Assembly (NCBI GenBank): GCA_034440375.1
Contig: JAWXBZ010000160.1
Coordinates: forward strand, 1-22,488
From: Candidatus Eiseniibacteriota bacterium
GTDB taxonomy: Bacteria; Eisenbacteria; RBG-16-71-46; JABDJR01; JAWXBZ01
Direction of reading: 5' to 3'
DNA length: 22,488 nucleotides
Shown: piece after piece, positions 18,592-22,488 of the stretch
Numbering within the stretch: position 1 is the stretch's first letter
Layout: each line of letters begins with the position of its first letter
The notes under the pieces: model-generated
The model's input: only the letters and a program-made list of their open reading frames with translations
Told to the model about the DNA's origin: nothing
Database searches by the model: none
Translations under genes and position numbers: made by a program

Positions 18592-19758
18592 TCATCCGCC
18601 CCCCCTGGGCGCCAGAATGTTCCACATCCGCATACCGAATGGCCGAAGATCGTCGCGCGAGAAGTCCGCAAATACCTTGCGGGACGCCCGATACGGGCGA
18701 GCGTAGTCGTCGAATGACAGCCGTTCCGATCGAATGTTCAGCATCGACACGGGCAGGTCGATGGCCAGTTCGATCCAGTAGACACTCTCGTCGTAACGGA
18801 CCAGGGATGGACGATCACCCGATGCCAGGTTCATTCCCGCGATCAGTGGGAAATTCATCCCGCACCGGGCGGCAAGCAGATTGGCTCGCGGCAGCCGGGC
18901 ATTGATTTCCATCAACTTGAACGAGCCGTCCCGGTCGTCCAGTTTGAATTCCGAGTGAACGATTCCGGTGTATCCGATCCGGCGAAGCATGTTCCAGGTC
19001 CATGTCTCTATTTCCGGGATGACTGCGTGGCTGACGGCAACCCGCGCCACGCCGAATCCGGGCGGATTCTGCCTGAGTTTGCGAAGGACAAATGTGGTTC
19101 GTGACTCCGCGCGGGCATCGATGTACATGACACATTGAAAAATATTGGCGTCGGGGCCCGGAATGACCTCCTGGATGATCACGTCCTGGCTCGAGGCCGC
19201 GCAGCGCGCCAGTGTCGCGCACAACGATGAGGCATCGCCGGCCCGAATGTTCTTCACGCCGAACTCGGCAACAAAGAGGTGGCTGACAACGGGCTTGACC
19301 AGGCAGGGAAAAGTTACCTCCGACGCCCGCTCCGGAAGTCCAAGTGTTTCCGTGGACCAGCTCCGGGGACATGGGACGTCGCACGCCGCCGCCAGCCGGT
19401 ACGTTGCGGGCTTCTCGATCAGTTGCCTCACAACCTCCCACCCCGGAGTGGGAACCAGGTAGCTGCGGATCAACTCGTCACGGTGTCGGGCAATGGCGAT
19501 TAAGGCGTCATCATTCGTTTCGAGGATGAGGGCACCTCGCCAGCGGGGGGCGTTGGCCCTCAGGACGCCGATAAAGGCGGATTCCTCGAAGCGGGGATGC
19601 GGAACCCTCACCCTCTCCTGAACGTGCCTGGACACATGCGCAAAGTCGGCCCGTTCGTCATAGTAGAGCGCAATGACCGGAATCCCCTGCCGGGCCAGGG
19701 AGCGGATGATTCCCAGCCCGTTCACGTGGCACCCGATCACGACGACGCCGCTCAGCAT
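18592..19758 (-). CDS. ATP-grasp carboxylate-amine ligase (COG3919 / D-aspartate ligase-like)
   Basis: NGLGIIRSLARQGI, FPCLVKP, IIQEVIPG, SEFKLDDRDGSFKLMEINAR. No clear RBS, so the start is uncertain. Confidence 0.85.
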   Translation of the reverse strand: MLSGVVVIGCHVNGLGIIRSLARQGIPVIALYYDERADFAHVSRHVQERVRVPHPRFEESAFIGVLRANAPRWRGALILETNDDALIAIARHRDELIRSYLVPTPGWEVVRQLIEKPATYRLAAACDVPCPRSWSTETLGLPERASEVTFPCLVKPVVSHLFVAEFGVKNIRAGDASSLCATLARCAASSQDVIIQEVIPGPDANIFQCVMYIDARAESRTTFVLRKLRQNPPGFGVARVAVSHAVIPEIETWTWNMLRRIGYTGIVHSEFKLDDRDGSFKLMEINARLPRANLLAARCGMNFPLIAGMNLASGDRPSLVRYDESVYWIELAIDLPVSMLNIRSERLSFDDYARPYRASRKVFADFSRDDLRPFGMRMWNILAPRGGG

Positions 19759-19852
19759 GCGTCAGCAGGCCTGCCTGGCCGGAACCCGTGCGGTGGCGGC
19801 ATTGGGGCCTTTCTCAATTGACACCCGCAGTGGACTGAGTCGTCCAAAGCGG

Positions 19853-19984
19853 GACGCGGGCGCGTCGGCTGATCAGCGGCGACTGTCGAGGATCGATGAA
19901 GGCGTTCGAGTTCGGCACGGTCGGCCTCTCCCAGAACGACGGGATGAGAATGGTTGGCCATGAACCCTCCAGGGACAGAGTGTA
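19853..19984 (-). mobile_element. IS630-family transposase 5' remnant (truncated, frameshifted)
   Basis: GGAGG RBS plus ATG 19961: MANHSHPVVLGEADRAELERLHRSSTVA, continuing after a frameshift as ISRRARV. This matches the IS630 N-terminal pattern L-x3-[DE]RAELE-x3-RS-x-T-x5-RRAR[IV]. No DDE domain follows. Confidence 0.65.
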
Positions 19985-20263
19985 CGCCTCGGCGTCGATC
20001 GAGGTCACCGGGACGGGTGTCTATTCCTGGCGCGGCGCCGCGCTGGCGGCCGATGTCCAGATGTGGCTCGATGACGCCAGCTCCAACTGGGGTGGATTCT
20101 CCTGGGGGATGAGTCCGTCGTCTCGACAGCCCGTCGGTTCGACTCGCGGGAGAATGCCATTGCAGCGAACCGGCCGGTGCTCATCGTTCACTACACTGCG
20201 CCGGATGTTCCGGTGATTCCGGTGACCTGGGGGGCGGTGAAGGCGGCGGTTGGGCCCCGGTAA
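19983..20263 (+). pseudogene. 3' fragment of a DNRLRE (CBM96-like) domain secreted protein, 5'-truncated and frameshifted
   Basis: ASASIEVTGTGVYSWRGAALAADVQMWLDDASSNWG, then after adding one base at the G run 20089-20092: WILLGDESVVSTARRFDSRENAIAANRPVLIVHYTAPDVPVIPVTWGAVKAAVGPR*. NxGW, F-x-SRE and RPxLxVxY are typical of the domain's C-terminal half. Confidence 0.8.
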
Positions 20264-20426
20264 TTCCCGCTGCCTCAGGCACGAAATCCCCCTTGAGAAA
20301 TCGTTTCCCGATGAATGGCATCTGTTCGAACTGGGCTTTCGGTCTGTCGACGCTCATCGGCCAGAAGCGCAGTCGCTCTTTCAGGAGAGACAATCGGCAA
20401 GAACCGAGGGCTTGAGGTAGATTCCC

Positions 20427-22259
20427 GTGATGCGACTGACTCCCGGCACCCGGCTCGGCCCACACGAAATCGTTTCACTCCTCGGCGTCGGGGGGATGGG
20501 CGAGGTGTATCGCGCGCACGACACCCGCCTGGGCCGGGACGTCGCCGTCAAGGTAATCCTTGCCGAACTGGCCCGCGACCCGGAACGGATCCGGCGCTTC
20601 GAACAGGAAGCTCGGGCAGCCGGGGCGCTGAGCCACCCTAATATCTGCACCATCTACGATATCGGCACCCACGATGGCTCCCCTTTCGTGGTGATGGAGT
20701 TGCTCGAGGGGCAGACCCTTCGGGAGTGCCTCCGGTCAGGCCCCTTGCCGGTACGCAAGGCTATCGAATACGTCGCCCTGGTTGCGCGCGGGCTGGTGGC
20801 TGCGCACGAGAAGGGCATCACTCACCGCGATCTGAAACCCGAGAACCTGTTCCTGACGAAGGACGGTGGTGTGAAGGTGTTGGACTTCGGTCTCGCCAAG
20901 TTGACGCGCCCCGAGATGTCGGGATCCGCGGACGAGAATACGGTGTCGATCGCAGCCACCGAGACCGGCACGATCGTAGGCACTATCGGTTACCTCGCGC
21001 CGGAACAGGTGAAGGGCGAGCCGGCAGACCATCGCTCGGACCTGTTCGCGCTGGGGACGATCCTCTACGAACTGCTGACAGGCCAGCGGGCCTTCCGTGG
21101 GACGAACCAGATCGAGACGCTGCATGCGATCGTGAATGAGGAACCGGCGCCGCTGGCGGCGGTGCGCCCCGAGGCGCCACCCCAGCTGGCCCGGATACTC
21201 CGGTACTGTTTCGCCAAGGACCCGGAACGGCGCATTCAGACGAGCAAGGACGTACGCAACCTGCTGGAGGATCTGCTGCGCGAGTTGGAGCTTGAAGCCT
21301 CCCCGGAATCCCCCGCGGAAAGGAAACAGGTGCAGCCGGTGGAGCGGCGGCTGGTGTTGACGGCCGCACACGTGCGCCAACTCCAGACGCGAAACCCGCG
21401 CTTGGTCAAACATCCCCTCTTCTACCTCGACAATCGGGTCGAGTCGGACACGCTCGTGGTGTTCCTCCACGGGCTCGGCGCCGACTACCGGAGATTTGAA
21501 TCCGCCCTCAGGTCACTCCGGTGTCGGGCCGTGTCTGCTTCATTGCTCGGATTCGCACCGGGCGATACCTATCGACCGGTGATCAGCATCGACGACCACT
21601 CCCAGCTGCTCCGAATCCTGCTCCGTGAGCTGGTGCGTGAGTGCCGTCCGGGAACGACGATCCTCGTCGGTCATTCCGCGGGCGCCGATCAGTTTCTGCG
21701 CATGATCACCACGGACGAGGGGGCAGGCGTCGATATTGCGGGCATGCTCGCGCTGGGGCCCAACGTCAGCATCGAGACCTGCTTCTTCTCGAAGCTGTGT
21801 GCCGACCTCAATGCCGGAGATCCCGAGGCGATACTCGACGTCCTGAAGTCTCTCGGACAGTCCACCCGCCCCCTGTCGGTGTGGCTGGCGGTCCAGGCCT
21901 ACATTTCCAACACCTTCATGAAGTTCGGCTCGAACCTCGAGCCCCTCCAGCGCTTTGCCGCCGATATCGTGGCGCCCTTCGAGAGCCCCGGGGATCCGCT
22001 GGCCAGCTTGTATCGTGCCGCGAAGGAAAAGGTTCCGGCCCTCCGCTTTGTCTTCTCAAACGAGGAGGCCGGCCCGGCCGAGGCGCTGCTCGCGCGCCAC
22101 CTCGAGCGGAACGTGCTGGGTGACGCCTTCACCGAGAGCTCGTACGTGATCGAACCCGTGCACCACATCGCCTTGCTCGAGCCCGATCGAGTCGCCCGTC
22201 ACATCGAGAGCATCCTTGTTCAGCTGGCGGAGCAAAAGGGTCATCCAAGTGATCACTGA
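20427..22259 (+). CDS. Hanks-type Ser/Thr protein kinase fused to an alpha/beta hydrolase domain
   Basis: GVGGMG, VAVK, HRDLKPEN, DFG, APE; C-terminal VFLHGLG and nucleophile elbow LVGHSAG; no TM helix. Start is GTG 20427 or ATG 20430. Confidence 0.92.
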   Translation: MMRLTPGTRLGPHEIVSLLGVGGMGEVYRAHDTRLGRDVAVKVILAELARDPERIRRFEQEARAAGALSHPNICTIYDIGTHDGSPFVVMELLEGQTLRECLRSGPLPVRKAIEYVALVARGLVAAHEKGITHRDLKPENLFLTKDGGVKVLDFGLAKLTRPEMSGSADENTVSIAATETGTIVGTIGYLAPEQVKGEPADHRSDLFALGTILYELLTGQRAFRGTNQIETLHAIVNEEPAPLAAVRPEAPPQLARILRYCFAKDPERRIQTSKDVRNLLEDLLRELELEASPESPAERKQVQPVERRLVLTAAHVRQLQTRNPRLVKHPLFYLDNRVESDTLVVFLHGLGADYRRFESALRSLRCRAVSASLLGFAPGDTYRPVISIDDHSQLLRILLRELVRECRPGTTILVGHSAGADQFLRMITTDEGAGVDIAGMLALGPNVSIETCFFSKLCADLNAGDPEAILDVLKSLGQSTRPLSVWLAVQAYISNTFMKFGSNLEPLQRFAADIVAPFESPGDPLASLYRAAKEKVPALRFVFSNEEAGPAEALLARHLERNVLGDAFTESSYVIEPVHHIALLEPDRVARHIESILVQLAEQKGHPSDH

Positions 22260-22369
22260 CATCGAAGTGTCTCGATCGGGCCAGGTCAATGAGGACCTCC
22301 GGACGCGACTTCAGCGGCGATCATGACACCGAATCATTCGCAGCGAGGGACCCACCGGAGGATGCGTTG

Positions 22370-22488
22370 ATGACACAGTTCCCGCTCGTGGTGCGTCGCG
22401 GGGTTCTGACCCTGTCTGTCATGGCCCTCCTCGGAGGTGCGTCCGCCGTTTCCTCTCAAGCCCCCTACGTCCTGCAGATCCCCTCGGA
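22370..22488 (+). CDS. Partial CDS, probable secreted protein
   Basis: GGAGG at 22357-22361 plus ATG 22370: MTQFPLVVRRGVLTLSVMALLGGASAVSSQAPYVLQIPS, signal-peptide-like and open to the window edge. Confidence 0.65.
   Translation, partial: MTQFPLVVRRGVLTLSVMALLGGASAVSSQAPYVLQIPS

Noticed and set aside
19752-19802. Alternative upstream ATG (19802, minus strand) with GAAAGG for the ATP-grasp gene
   Set aside because: It is out of frame and would need a frameshift for which there is no evidence.
20264-20426. Protein-like minus-strand stretch (LKERLRFWPMSVDRPK...GDFVPEA)
   Set aside because: No supported start or recognisable family; it overlaps the kinase upstream region.
177-22289. Many long antisense or alternate-frame ORFs (e.g. 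9059..10123, 12107..13000, 13312..14160, 17657..18481, 20736..21470)
   Set aside because: Shadow ORFs expected in high-GC DNA; they lie over well-supported genes and have no recognisable motifs.
1-22488. CRISPR arrays, tRNA/rRNA, riboswitches, phage or defence genes
   Set aside because: No repeat-spacer periodicity, RNA gene signatures or hallmark proteins seen by eye; Infernal/Rfam was not run.

Overview
GC-rich bacterial window, densely coding, with about 20 genes. It contains a secreted S8 subtilase running off the left edge, a YciF-like ferritin, an aldo/keto reductase, an SGNH-TPR membrane protein, three Cys-rich secreted hypothetical proteins and a tandem GNAT. It also has a translationally coupled five-gene lipid-modification operon (FAD oxidoreductase, DUF1365, Cfa-like methylase, DUF1295, second methylase; the ufaD/ufaO/ufaM furan-fatty-acid layout), VF530, an M23 peptidase, DUF1003, an L,D-transpeptidase lipoprotein, an ATP-grasp ligase, an IS630 remnant fused to a broken DNRLRE-domain gene, and a Ser/Thr kinase fused to an alpha/beta hydrolase. 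The strongest unexplained signal is that four unrelated exported proteins end in the same short tail, [VT]-P-V-x-P-x-T-W-[SG]-x-[VI]-K. One of the four is visible only after correcting a frameshift. The tail looks like an uncharacterised C-terminal sorting or secretion signal. From recollection, not a search, such tails occur in Eisenbacteria/Krumholzibacteriota/Latescibacterota-like genomes. All family calls rest on motifs recognised by eye.
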